A stretch of 31,729 nucleotides of DNA from a virus (lineage: Duplodnaviria; Caudoviricetes). Both the position numbers and the translations under genes were made by a program. The notes beneath the pieces were generated by a model. That model was not told the DNA's origin, ran no database searches, and saw only the letters and a list, made by a program, of their open reading frames with translations. Shown here in pieces: positions 18,625-26,732 of this stretch (positions within the stretch are counted from its first letter, which is position 1; each line of letters begins with the position of its first letter). Location: IMG/VR virus record IMGVR_UViG_3300012940_000074, positions 1 through 31,729 of that record. One strand, written 5' to 3'.

Positions 18625-18950
18625 TACATCCCCAGCTTGCGCTTCAGGAGTTCGATCAGGGCGGCCACCGCAACGCTCGCGCCAATGCCGGCCACTGCGC
18701 CCGAGCGGGCGGCACCGTTCTCCAGCGCCTGGATGCGCTTCTCATGCTCGCCGACGCGCTCGGCAGTCGCCTTTGGATTGGCAATCTCAAGCTCGCGCAG
18801 TCGTTGCTCGTGATAGTCGAGGCGCTGCGTCACCTTGACGTCGAGGCTGGCAAGCGAACCCTCAAGGCGCTTGGTCGATTCGGCCTGTACGTCGAGCTTG
18901 CCCTCGATGCGCCCGAGGATGCGCGCGATATCGTCATTGTTGACTTGCAT
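18624..18950 (-). CDS. Coiled-coil protein with a C-terminal hydrophobic segment
   Basis: 108 aa (LGRIEGKLD...AVAGIGASVAVAALIELLK), between the spanin and terminase genes; SD AAGGA. Confidence 0.75.
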   Translation of the reverse strand: MQVNNDDIARILGRIEGKLDVQAESTKRLEGSLASLDVKVTQRLDYHEQRLRELEIANPKATAERVGEHEKRIQALENGAARSGAVAGIGASVAVAALIELLKRKLGM

Positions 18951-19467
18951 TGTCTTCCTTGGATCGGGGCCGGGCCCCGGAATTGATACGCGACCGGACC
19001 AAGTTCCAGCGCTCTTGAATTGCGGTCAGTTGTTGTGCGTTCGGGACGCAGACTTCTGCATAGTTGCGCTTGCAGATGTCGAGCTCGGCTGCGCATGCGG
19101 AATCAACTGCCGGGCCGGCTGCGCGAGCAGCGGATCGAGTTCCGGCATCGTCGGGCAGACGCTGCGCGTCGTTGAGCACGCGGCCAACACCGGCAGGCAC
19201 AGGGCAATCAGCAGGGAGTGTGATCTTGGGTAGCGCACGGGCTTTCTCCAGTTGGGCCTGTAGGCTGGCGATGTACGCCGATGTGGCGCGGTTGTTCATG
19301 CGTTGCAGCTCGCCCTCGATATCGCGCGCTGCGCGCTCGTCCTTGAGCTGCTGGCGCTCGATCTGTGCGCGCTCGTCGCGTGCACCCTTGCGGTAGCCCG
19401 CCACGCCCGACAGAGCGAGGCAGATCAGAATGGCAAGCCAGAGGCGCGCGTCGAGCACGTCACACAT
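18934..19467 (-). CDS. i-spanin (Rz-like)
   Basis: N-terminal TM (LWLAILICLALSGVAGY) followed by coiled coil, within the lysis cassette. Confidence 0.75.
   Translation of the reverse strand: MCDVLDARLWLAILICLALSGVAGYRKGARDERAQIERQQLKDERAARDIEGELQRMNNRATSAYIASLQAQLEKARALPKITLPADCPVPAGVGRVLNDAQRLPDDAGTRSAARAAGPAVDSACAAELDICKRNYAEVCVPNAQQLTAIQERWNLVRSRINSGARPRSKEDNASQQ
19026..19238 (-). CDS. o-spanin lipoprotein (Rz1-like), embedded in the i-spanin gene
   Basis: Lipobox VLAA-C, Pro-rich mature part, different frame inside Rz. Confidence 0.75.
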   Translation of the reverse strand: MRYPRSHSLLIALCLPVLAACSTTRSVCPTMPELDPLLAQPARQLIPHAQPSSTSASATMQKSASRTHNN

Positions 19468-19705
19468 TTTTAACGGGGCACGTAAACGAGACGGTGTTGA
19501 TCTCGCGCTTGCTCCGATTGACAATGGTCAGCCGGCCGGTGCCGCGCAAGGAATCGCAGTCGATCACGATTTCCATGTTCGGCTTCGCTGGCTTTTTCTC
19601 TGCAGCCGGAGCGGTTCCCGCTCCTGGTTTCGAAGCCTCTTCGGCTGTCGCAGTGGTGGTGACCGTCATCAGCGCGACGGTCAGGGCAAGCAATGGGCGC
19701 GTCAT
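19460..19705 (-). CDS. Small secreted protein (81 aa), unknown function
   Basis: ATG 19705 with SD GAGGA and an ATGA overlap. Signal peptide MTRPLLALTVALMTVTTTATA; two Cys. Confidence 0.65.
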   Translation of the reverse strand: MTRPLLALTVALMTVTTTATAEEASKPGAGTAPAAEKKPAKPNMEIVIDCDSLRGTGRLTIVNRSKREINTVSFTCPVKNV

Positions 19706-20331
19706 GGTGTCCTCTGCAGGCAAATGGTTTGGCCCCAGTCCGCATAAAGCGGCTGGTGCCGGAAAATGATCTTGCGGGGGTAGAGCCGGCTGTGCTCGAA
19801 GTTGGCCGGGCTCTGGCGGGTAGGAACGAACTCGGTCACGCCGAACCATGTGCCGGGGTCGGGCGAGGCTTTTTGGGCCTGCATCACATACCCCGGCCCT
19901 GCGTTGTAGCCCTTGAATGTGGCCGCCCACCTGTTGCAGGCATCTTTGCCGAGGACGCGCTTGTAAATCCATTCGTTGTAGCGCACCAAGGCACGGATTG
20001 CCCACTGCGGGTTGTAGGGATCGGGCGCGCCGAGTTCCGGGTATGACCGGGATACCTGTTCGGCGGTCGCATCCATGAACTGGGCCAGACCGCGCCCGTT
20101 GTCGCGCGCCGTCACGCCTGGCCGCCAGCTCGACTCCTGATGAATCTGGCCGGCCAACGCGGGCACGGGCGCGTTCAAGCCGAAAACAGCCTGCGCCTCC
20201 CGGATCAAAGTTGCTCGGTACCGCAACGCCGGATCGGCCGCGACGGCGCTGGCGGCCACGACGGTCAGCAGTAACGCGCCGAGCGTCACGCCGAGCATGA
20301 TCCGGGCGAGCAGGCGCAGGCGCGGCGTCAT
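19702..20331 (-). CDS. Endolysin, lytic transglycosylase (SLT) with an N-terminal signal/SAR segment
   Basis: QIHQESSW, GLAQFM and YNAGPG motifs. Start at 20331 through a TAATG overlap with the holin. Confidence 0.9.
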   Translation of the reverse strand: MTPRLRLLARIMLGVTLGALLLTVVAASAVAADPALRYRATLIREAQAVFGLNAPVPALAGQIHQESSWRPGVTARDNGRGLAQFMDATAEQVSRSYPELGAPDPYNPQWAIRALVRYNEWIYKRVLGKDACNRWAATFKGYNAGPGYVMQAQKASPDPGTWFGVTEFVPTRQSPANFEHSRLYPRKIIFRHQPLYADWGQTICLQRTP

Positions 20332-20615
20332 TACAGCCCCAGAGCGACGGCGAGCATGCACGCGGCCATGACGATGGCCCGGCGTATCTCGCTCAGCGGA
20401 TGGCTGCCGCAACTGATGCGCTTGCGGAATGCGGAGCGATCGATCCAGTAGCCGACGTGCGCGGCAATGGTCTGATGCCCGAGCTTGTACATGACGGTTT
20501 GCATGCGCGGCAGTGCATCGGCGTGAGCCAGCAGCATCGCGGCCGCGTAAAACGCAAGGGCGATGAACAGCCATTGCGCCATGCGCAGCTTGTCCTGGTA
20601 GTTCTGTTGTTCCAT
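20331..20615 (-). CDS. Putative holin (2-3 TM type)
   Basis: 94 aa with hydrophobic segments and GYWIDR...RRAIVMAACMLAVALGL; first gene of the lysis cassette. Confidence 0.85.
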   Translation of the reverse strand: MEQQNYQDKLRMAQWLFIALAFYAAAMLLAHADALPRMQTVMYKLGHQTIAAHVGYWIDRSAFRKRISCGSHPLSEIRRAIVMAACMLAVALGL

Positions 20616-20668
20616 GTGGGCGCTCGCGGTTGATGAGAGAGGCAAGGCGCCGGCGAGGCGCTTGGCGC

Positions 20669-20716
20669 AATGTACGCGCGAGCGCGAGAGCAGAAACCGC
20701 TGACATGTGTCAGCGG
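20669..20716 (-). promoter_or_regulatory. Activator-dependent late promoter (Plys-like)
   Basis: CCGCTGACA-TG-TGTCAGCGG palindrome (core 20700-20713), 25-bp spacer, then -10-like TACATT (20674-20669). Confidence 0.75.
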
Positions 20717-20750
20717 CCGGAAACAGGCAGGAAAGGGAAAGGGGGCGGAG

Positions 20751-21185
20751 TTACAGCAGGCTCATCTGACGCGAGTCGATGGCCTTGGCGGTGAACGTGG
20801 TCGACTTTTTCAGCACGCGCCAGATAGTACGCTCGTGCAGGGGCGGCGTGAAGAGCCGGGTAATGCGGGTCACCGCCTCGCGCGCCGACAGGTTCTCGGA
20901 CATGGTCAGGCGATCGAACTCGGCATGGATCATCGAATTTCGAACCGCCTGGAGCGCGGCATGGCACAGCGGAATGGTGAAGGGCGCGTTACCGTAGTAG
21001 TTGAGCAACTTCAATGCCGCTTCTTCGCCGAGCAGCTCGGACATCCGCTGCTGGCTGGCCTCGCTCCGGTAAAGCGTGATGATCTGGCCACCGTGGGCAT
21101 CGACCAGACGCAACGCCGCCGGCAGGCCGATCAGGGTGATCAGGCGCTGTGCGCTGGCCGGGAGGTGGCTCAGGTCGGGTTGCAT
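20751..21185 (-). CDS. Mor/C-family transcription activator
   Basis: LP...LIG...L...GGQ, then IPLC...RN..I..EF and a C-terminal HTH (ERTIWRVLK). Last gene before the late operon. Confidence 0.85.
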   Translation of the reverse strand: MQPDLSHLPASAQRLITLIGLPAALRLVDAHGGQIITLYRSEASQQRMSELLGEEAALKLLNYYGNAPFTIPLCHAALQAVRNSMIHAEFDRLTMSENLSAREAVTRITRLFTPPLHERTIWRVLKKSTTFTAKAIDSRQMSLL

Positions 21186-21289
21186 GGTTTGCGGACCTCC
21201 TTCAACAGTTCAAGCATGCGCCTCCGGTACGTGTAGAACGGCACCGCGACAAAGAACGCACCGCAAGCAAACCCAATCCAGAAGCACAT
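21170..21289 (-). CDS. 39-aa membrane peptide
   Basis: MCFWIGFACGAFFVAVPFYTYRRRMLELLKEVRKPCNPT; SD AAGGAAGG; fills the gemA-activator gap. Confidence 0.55.
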   Translation of the reverse strand: MCFWIGFACGAFFVAVPFYTYRRRMLELLKEVRKPCNPT

Positions 21290-21291
21290 GG

Positions 21292-21732
21292 CTATCGGCC
21301 TTCCTTGCGGCGCTGGTCGTAGGTCAGCGCAGCCACCAGTTTGGTGAGTTGCTCCGGTGTGCAGAACGCCAGGGCGTCGACCTTGCAGATGCGTCGCACC
21401 AGACCAGGTTCGATGTAGCGGCGGTCTCGGCCTTCTGCAAGCAGCAGGGCGTCGATCTTGGCAAGCAAAGATGCACGATCGGGTGTGCCGCGCATCGCGC
21501 CTTTTGCGGCCAACTTCTGCCGCGCCGTCGAGACGAATCCGAGCCGTGCAAAGTGATCAAGCAGGCGCTGCCGGCCGGTCGCGCTCAGGTCCGATGACGA
21601 GGCGACACCGCCGATCTCGCGCAGCAGTTTGCGATAGACGTCGTCAGCCATCGCCAGCTCGCGCCGGGCGACGTGAATCAGGCGGATTTCGGCTGCGCGC
21701 CTCTTGTCCGCCGTCTCAGCTTTCATCTGCAT
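21292..21732 (-). CDS. gemA: GemA (Mu gp16 / DUF1018)-like protein
   Basis: IHVARRELAMADDVYRKLL...GF...KIDAL...QLTKLVAAL pattern. Confidence 0.88.
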   Translation of the reverse strand: MQMKAETADKRRAAEIRLIHVARRELAMADDVYRKLLREIGGVASSSDLSATGRQRLLDHFARLGFVSTARQKLAAKGAMRGTPDRASLLAKIDALLLAEGRDRRYIEPGLVRRICKVDALAFCTPEQLTKLVAALTYDQRRKEGR

Positions 21733-21799
21733 CTCCAGTCCACGTCGCCGGTTCGGCTAAATAGGCGACGACGAGCCACGCCTCCAGATCTACGCTCAT
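21716..21799 (-). CDS. Possible 27-aa peptide
   Basis: MSVDLEAWLVVAYLAEPATWTGDADES; starts 2 nt after the previous stop and overlaps the gemA start. Confidence 0.3.
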   Translation of the reverse strand: MSVDLEAWLVVAYLAEPATWTGDADES

Positions 21800-21801
21800 G
21801 T

Positions 21802-21906
21802 TCAATACTCTTTCATGTCTCGTTCCAGGAAGTAGGCGGTCAGTCCTGCCAGCGCCGCCACGACGATCACCACCACTGCTAGGGTGAGCGCTAGTGCGAT
21901 CAGCAT
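21802..21906 (-). CDS. 34-aa single-TM peptide
   Basis: MLIALALTLAVVVIVVAALAGLTAYFLERDMKEY with a strong SD, GAGGAG. Confidence 0.65.
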   Translation of the reverse strand: MLIALALTLAVVVIVVAALAGLTAYFLERDMKEY

Positions 21907-21916
21907 GGTCTCCTCG

Positions 21917-22606
21917 CTACTCCAGCAAGGCGGCGGTCTGCGCCATTCCGACACCGCGATTCAATTGCGCCTGCTTGCCTTGCATATAACCGCTGTCACG
22001 GTGATCGTTCCGGACGCCAGCCGGCTGTGCGCTTCTGGCACTGACGTTCCGGGTATGGGCGTAGTTGATGTGCATGTAAGCTTCGATGGCCCGCTTTTGC
22101 TCCGGGGTAGGCGCAACTGCAGCAATGAGGTTGCGAACCGCAATTACCCATCCTTCGCAGAACTGGTCCGCTGCGGCCGTCTTGTTCTTGCGGTATCGCT
22201 TCAATGCGGTGCGGATGTAATTCGTCCTGGAGCGCCGCAATTGACGCAACAGAACCGTGAAGGTGTAGCAGGCCACGTCCGGGGCAGGGGCTGCGCCGAT
22301 GAAGCTGTACCCGCCATCAATGGCGAGGCCGCTTTTGCTGAGCCGACGCGTGAAGATGATGTCGCAGGCAAATGCACTTGCCACTGCGCTGGCAAGCACC
22401 ACTTCATAGCGGGTTGGCTTCGAGCTGCAGGCGCTTTTTGCCCATTCTTCGGACACCTCTGCTACCAGCAACTCGGGGTGTTCTATGCCGAACCGTTCCA
22501 TGAGTTTCTGTGCTTGCCGCATTGCGGCTGCCGCTTCGTGCGGCTCGCCCGATTTCGCCAGCGCCATGCACTTGCGCACCTTGTCGATTGCCGTTTTCTT
22601 GTCCAT
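21917..22606 (-). CDS. DUF2786-domain protein
   Basis: MDKKTAIDKVRKCMALAKSGEPHEAAAAMRQAQKLM, FCEGW; SD GAGGA. Confidence 0.85.
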   Translation of the reverse strand: MDKKTAIDKVRKCMALAKSGEPHEAAAAMRQAQKLMERFGIEHPELLVAEVSEEWAKSACSSKPTRYEVVLASAVASAFACDIIFTRRLSKSGLAIDGGYSFIGAAPAPDVACYTFTVLLRQLRRSRTNYIRTALKRYRKNKTAAADQFCEGWVIAVRNLIAAVAPTPEQKRAIEAYMHINYAHTRNVSARSAQPAGVRNDHRDSGYMQGKQAQLNRGVGMAQTAALLE

Positions 22607-22607
22607 G

Positions 22608-22832
22608 CTATTTATCCTCGCAAGCGAGCAGGCATGTCGCAATGGCGAAAAGCATCCCCAACTCGGAGCCACGAACTGCGAAACGTAGTGGTGCGTCGTG
22701 GTGACCATCGGTGGCCGGCTTGCGTAGCATCGCTTCGGCTTCATCACAAAGTTGGCACGGTCCATTGCAACGGGAATGGGCTGGTCGGTCAGGCCTCAGA
22801 TGCCCTGCGTTGACAGAAATTGAGTTCTTCAT
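22608..22832 (-). CDS. Hypothetical protein (74 aa, CxxxCxxC)
   Basis: SD AAGGAG, ATGA overlap, exactly fills the gap. Confidence 0.55.
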   Translation of the reverse strand: MKNSISVNAGHLRPDRPAHSRCNGPCQLCDEAEAMLRKPATDGHHDAPLRFAVRGSELGMLFAIATCLLACEDK

Positions 22833-23152
22833 GCGGCGACTCCTTCTGACTGTTCGGTCGGCAGCTCATCGGCGTAGAAGAACCGCAGCAAGGAATCGAA
22901 CCACGGCGTGCCATCCAGCGATGCGTCATCCGAGTGAAAGTCACGGCCCGGACCACCCGCCCCAACTGTCCCGAAGAACCGACCGTTGAAGGTGCTAAAC
23001 AAGACCTTTGCTTCAGTCTTGCCGTCGGTCGAACTGATCTTCACGTAGTCCGACTGCCCCATGTCGTAGAGCGTTGTGTTCAATTCCAGGCCTTGTTCCT
23101 CGCATTGAACCCGGATCTCGTCGAGGGTTTTCACCCTTGCAAACCGCTTCAT
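22829..23152 (-). CDS. Hypothetical protein (107 aa)
   Basis: Start MKRFARVK with SD GGGAG and an ATGA overlap. Confidence 0.7.
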   Translation of the reverse strand: MKRFARVKTLDEIRVQCEEQGLELNTTLYDMGQSDYVKISSTDGKTEAKVLFSTFNGRFFGTVGAGGPGRDFHSDDASLDGTPWFDSLLRFFYADELPTEQSEGVAA

Positions 23153-23424
23153 GATGTTCTCCCTGCTTGATGTCCCTTCTTCCCCAGTACCCGCTTGTGC
23201 AGCCACATGCTCGCCACGATCCCGAACGGCCCGCCGAGCATGTACGCTGCGATCTCCAGCAGGTCACCCTGCGGCACGGTGCGCAGGATGACCAGGTTGC
23301 TGCCGCTGATCAGGAAGGACGTTAAAAACGCCGCGACGTAATGCCCCTTGTTGACGTTCAGCGACTGAAAGCCGAGCGAGGCCACCAGCAGGAACGTGGT
23401 TGCGAACAGGATGAGGGCGCTCAT
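23149..23424 (-). CDS. Small multi-TM membrane protein (91 aa)
   Basis: Three hydrophobic segments; translationally coupled on both sides. Confidence 0.75.
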   Translation of the reverse strand: MSALILFATTFLLVASLGFQSLNVNKGHYVAAFLTSFLISGSNLVILRTVPQGDLLEIAAYMLGGPFGIVASMWLHKRVLGKKGHQAGRTS

Positions 23425-24053
23425 GCTGTTGCGATATCGAGGCTGATGGGGGCGTACTGGTCGGTATCGCCGACCCGCTCATAGAAGCGGACGTACTGCT
23501 TGCTGCCGACAACCTGTACCGACTCGCCGATCGCCTTCATCGCGCGCTGCCAGCGATCGTCGTCGATCTCCAGGCGGCGCAGCCCGAGGATGCGGCCGGT
23601 GTTCAGGTTGCCTTCCTTATCCGTCTGAAACGCTTCCTGCACCAGCACCTTGATCTCGGGCCGGCTGCCTTGGCTCCACTCGTCGATGCATTCGTCGATC
23701 AGCGCCTTGGCCGCCTGCAGGCGTTCGTCGAACACGATGTTGTCGGCGGTGGCTACCTGCAGCTTGTAGCGGCCGTCGAAGCTGTACAGCGTGACGTTGC
23801 CCTTCTTGCCGCCGATCTTCGTGTCGTACTGCTCGGCAGAGAGCTGGACGAATGCAGCGACGTCGCCGAACACCTTGGCTTTGAAGTCGGCGATCGCTTT
23901 GCTCAGCTCCTTGGCGCTGGCCGCCAGTTCCAGCGTCAGCGCGTCGCGCGCCATGTCGATCGGCTTGATCATCGACTCGGGGATGAGTCGGCCTTGCGCG
24001 TCCTGTCGGTAGCCCGGAGGAACGGTGCTGGTTTGGTTGAGAACTGCGTTCAT
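23421..24053 (-). CDS. DUF3164-family protein
   Basis: DAQGRLIP...GGKKGNVTLYSFDG...FDERLQAAKALIDEC...W..AM.AI.ES...SKQYVRFYER; SD AAGGA. Confidence 0.9.
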   Translation of the reverse strand: MNAVLNQTSTVPPGYRQDAQGRLIPESMIKPIDMARDALTLELAASAKELSKAIADFKAKVFGDVAAFVQLSAEQYDTKIGGKKGNVTLYSFDGRYKLQVATADNIVFDERLQAAKALIDECIDEWSQGSRPEIKVLVQEAFQTDKEGNLNTGRILGLRRLEIDDDRWQRAMKAIGESVQVVGSKQYVRFYERVGDTDQYAPISLDIATA

Positions 24054-24069
24054 TGTTTTCCTTTCAGTG

Positions 24070-24330
24070 TTAATGCAGGGATGCATGGTCCTGGACCTTC
24101 ACGATGACGTTGTTCTTGATCACGTCGTCGACCGCCGCCAGTACACCCGGCGTGTCGTCATTGATTCGCGCAATGACGATGGGGACCAGCGAAGTGCCGA
24201 TTTGCTGCAGCGCCTTTTCGAGCGCGACCATCTTCTGCGTAGTCTCGAAGAGGCCTTGTTCGACATCCGCATATGCCGGTTTTTCTCCGGCCTCAAGTGC
24301 TGCTGCAGCACGTTCCATCCATGTGCTCAT
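24070..24330 (-). CDS. Hypothetical protein (86 aa)
   Basis: MSTWMERAAA... with SD GGAGG and an ATGA overlap. Confidence 0.7.
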   Translation of the reverse strand: MSTWMERAAAALEAGEKPAYADVEQGLFETTQKMVALEKALQQIGTSLVPIVIARINDDTPGVLAAVDDVIKNNVIVKVQDHASLH

Positions 24331-24584
24331 ACAACCTCCGATTTCTTGTTTCGCCCTTCCGGGTAACGGTTTTCCATGTAACAGGCCTTGCAGCTCCAGT
24401 TCAGGCCATCCAGTTCGGCGCGGCTGGCGTAGAAGAACTCGCTGTCGGCCGGCCAATACTCCCGGCACCGGCCGCAACGCTTTTCCAGGCCACCCTCTCC
24501 CTCGCGATACACGCCGCTTGCCAGTCGCTTTGCTTTCAATTTCGGCGACGGGCACGCGACGATCAGTTCATCGGCTTGACACAT
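24327..24584 (-). CDS. Small zinc-finger-like protein
   Basis: EKRCGRC...EFF...SCKAC; SD AGGAGG. Confidence 0.75.
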   Translation of the reverse strand: MCQADELIVACPSPKLKAKRLASGVYREGEGGLEKRCGRCREYWPADSEFFYASRAELDGLNWSCKACYMENRYPEGRNKKSEVV

Positions 24585-24943
24585 CAGCCGGCCTCCTGCA
24601 GCGATCTGACCTTGGCGAAAATCCGTGCCGAGAGAATGCCTATGGCGGTTGCCGCCGCTTCGTCGTCACTTGCGCTGATACCGCGCATCGCGTGGATCAC
24701 CGCATGCGCGACTTCGTGCGGCACGATTTCATCCAGACGCGCGTCCATCCCGAGAACGATCAGACCGTGGTGCCGTGCCCGCGCAGAGGTGCGAGGCTGG
24801 AAGTAGCCGTGCACGATTGTTTCGAGCCGGCGTCGGCTTCCCTTGCAGTACTCGGCATCGACTTCTTCGACGGTCGCCAGCAGGCGCACCTGGATGACGA
24901 TGCCGGCGTGCGAGGCAACGAATGACATCAACGCGCGCGCCAT
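24584..24943 (-). CDS. Small HExxH metallopeptidase-like protein (119 aa)
   Basis: Start MARALMSF through a TGATG overlap; LDEIVPHEVAHAVIH...DEAAA. Confidence 0.65.
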   Translation of the reverse strand: MARALMSFVASHAGIVIQVRLLATVEEVDAEYCKGSRRRLETIVHGYFQPRTSARARHHGLIVLGMDARLDEIVPHEVAHAVIHAMRGISASDDEAAATAIGILSARIFAKVRSLQEAG

Positions 24944-25305
24944 CAGTTCACCCGCTCGTTCCAGCGGACTTCGCAGCCGGCGATCAACACGTAGCCGTAT
25001 CGGGCAACGCCCTTGCTGTCCGTCTTGATCGTCATGCCATTTCCAGCGCGCGAGAGAAACGGTGCAGCCGAGCGTTCGACAAGAATGGAAGGCCGCTCGC
25101 CGGCCAGGTCGATCATCAGAACCGATGCATAGCCGTGTTGGCGCAGCCAGCGCAGCGTGCTGTTTGCCGTCTGCAGCTTCTTGGTCAACTCGGCAGTGAG
25201 CACCTTGGGCGCGAACGCTTGACCCTTGGGCTCGGCAAGCACGGCCGCAATCTGTGCGCGCAGCTTGATCGGTAGGGCGCGGTAATCGGTGGGTGCAGCC
25301 ATCAT
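24943..25305 (-). CDS. Hypothetical protein, possible winged HTH
   Basis: 120 aa; SD GGAGG; coupled to both neighbours. Confidence 0.7.
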   Translation of the reverse strand: MMAAPTDYRALPIKLRAQIAAVLAEPKGQAFAPKVLTAELTKKLQTANSTLRWLRQHGYASVLMIDLAGERPSILVERSAAPFLSRAGNGMTIKTDSKGVARYGYVLIAGCEVRWNERVN

Positions 25306-25820
25306 TCGGTCCTCCCTTCGTTGTTGTCCTGAATGAGCGGCCCGCCGACTTCCGGCAGCGGGAGCGTGACCTTGTCGATGACGCCGGCCTGCTGCGGAGG
25401 CTCGTCGACGTCGGCGGTCTTGCGGGGCGGCTTACCCGGTACGGATGCCTGGGTGCCGCGTTTAACGCGCTTCGGGCATGTCTGACATGCGCGCCAGTGC
25501 TGCATCTCGCGCGGACTGTTTGTCGGCGCTGACTCGCGGTAGGCGTACTCGCGGCACTGCAGGCCGGTAATTCGGTGCTCCTTGCCGTGGTACTCGGAAA
25601 GAAATGGACACTCGACCAGGCCAATCGTGTTCATGACCTTCTCTGCCACCTTCGACGTATCGGCCTTGCCGGTTCCGTATGGCCCGCAGCAATTGAGAAT
25701 CTGCGAGACGGCCGAGCGTGAAATGCCGACGCGCTGCGCGGTCTTGCTGATGCTGCCGGTCGCCGCCGCATCCGCGCGCAGGATGGCAAGCCATTCAGGC
25801 TCGTTCGAGGGCGATGTCAT
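25302..25820 (-). CDS. HTH DNA-binding protein with a Cys cluster
   Basis: ISKTAQRVGISRSAVSQIL HTH; CPF...C...ACQTCP; SD AAGGA. Confidence 0.8.
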   Translation of the reverse strand: MTSPSNEPEWLAILRADAAATGSISKTAQRVGISRSAVSQILNCCGPYGTGKADTSKVAEKVMNTIGLVECPFLSEYHGKEHRITGLQCREYAYRESAPTNSPREMQHWRACQTCPKRVKRGTQASVPGKPPRKTADVDEPPQQAGVIDKVTLPLPEVGGPLIQDNNEGRTE

Positions 25821-26424
25821 ATTGCTTTCCTTCGTTCTGATCGAATACCGTGCCGGACGCCACCTGCGGCACCGGCGGCAGCGGGCCGGTGTCGCGCAAG
25901 AGCAGGTAGCGCTTCGCGCCATTCGATGTGGAAGACTGCGGCGCTTCACGGTGACGCATCTCGGAGAGGTAACCAGCGCGGCAGAGAAACCGCAGGTACT
26001 TCTGGAGATTGTTTTGTGCGCGGCGGATGTCGCCTTCTTCGGTGCCGGCGTCCAGCAGCACGCCGAGCAGTTCGGGTACGCTGGCCTTGCGCCGGATGCG
26101 CAGCACGCGCCACGCGCGGTCGCGCAGCGAGTTGACGACCACCTTCGGCTTGCCGGTCGGCGCTTTCGGGCCACTGATCAGCTTCGCACCTTCCTCCAGT
26201 GCGGCTTGGCCGAGGGCGGTCAGCCGGTAGCAGCCCGGTTTGACCGTGTCGTCGGCGTAGAGCTGGCGCTCCAGATATCCATGCGAGACGAGCTTGGCGC
26301 ACGCATCGGCGACCTGCCGCGCCTTGAGCCCGGTGTGCTTGACGATGGCCGCGTGTTTAACGCAGCCTTTCGGGCAGACCAGCGCCTTGACGGCTTCCAT
26401 CACGGCTTGCGATGTCCAGGTCAT
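25795..26424 (-). CDS. Tandem winged-HTH protein (209 aa)
   Basis: Start MTWTSQAV; YRLTALG, LRDRAWRVLRIRRK, YLLLRDTGPLPP. Typical of the region after B. Confidence 0.8.
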   Translation of the reverse strand: MTWTSQAVMEAVKALVCPKGCVKHAAIVKHTGLKARQVADACAKLVSHGYLERQLYADDTVKPGCYRLTALGQAALEEGAKLISGPKAPTGKPKVVVNSLRDRAWRVLRIRRKASVPELLGVLLDAGTEEGDIRRAQNNLQKYLRFLCRAGYLSEMRHREAPQSSTSNGAKRYLLLRDTGPLPPVPQVASGTVFDQNEGKQYDIALERA

Positions 26425-26732
26425 GGCTGCACCTGTTCCGTGTCGGTCGCTGCCATCGAGTCGTTGCTGACCTGCATGTCGATTCCGGCACGCGCCAAAG
26501 CATTGACCAACTTCACATACGCCATGTGCAGCACCGAGTCGGTGTTCTGTGCGTTGAGCATCTGCACGGCGAAGATGGCAGCGGAAGCCAGATTCGGGGC
26601 GGCGCCGAGAATCTTTGCCGTAGGCTCGTCGTAGATCCGGCTGGCGACGACGTGCTCGCTCGGCTTGCCGATATCGGCGACCAATGCGAAGCCGTTGGCG
26701 TGCGGCCGCACGATCAGATCCTGACAGTTCAT
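26421..26732 (-). CDS. Hypothetical protein (103 aa)
   Basis: MNCQDLIVRP... with SD GGAGG and an ATGA overlap; AKILGAAPNL motif. Confidence 0.7.
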   Translation of the reverse strand: MNCQDLIVRPHANGFALVADIGKPSEHVVASRIYDEPTAKILGAAPNLASAAIFAVQMLNAQNTDSVLHMAYVKLVNALARAGIDMQVSNDSMAATDTEQVQP

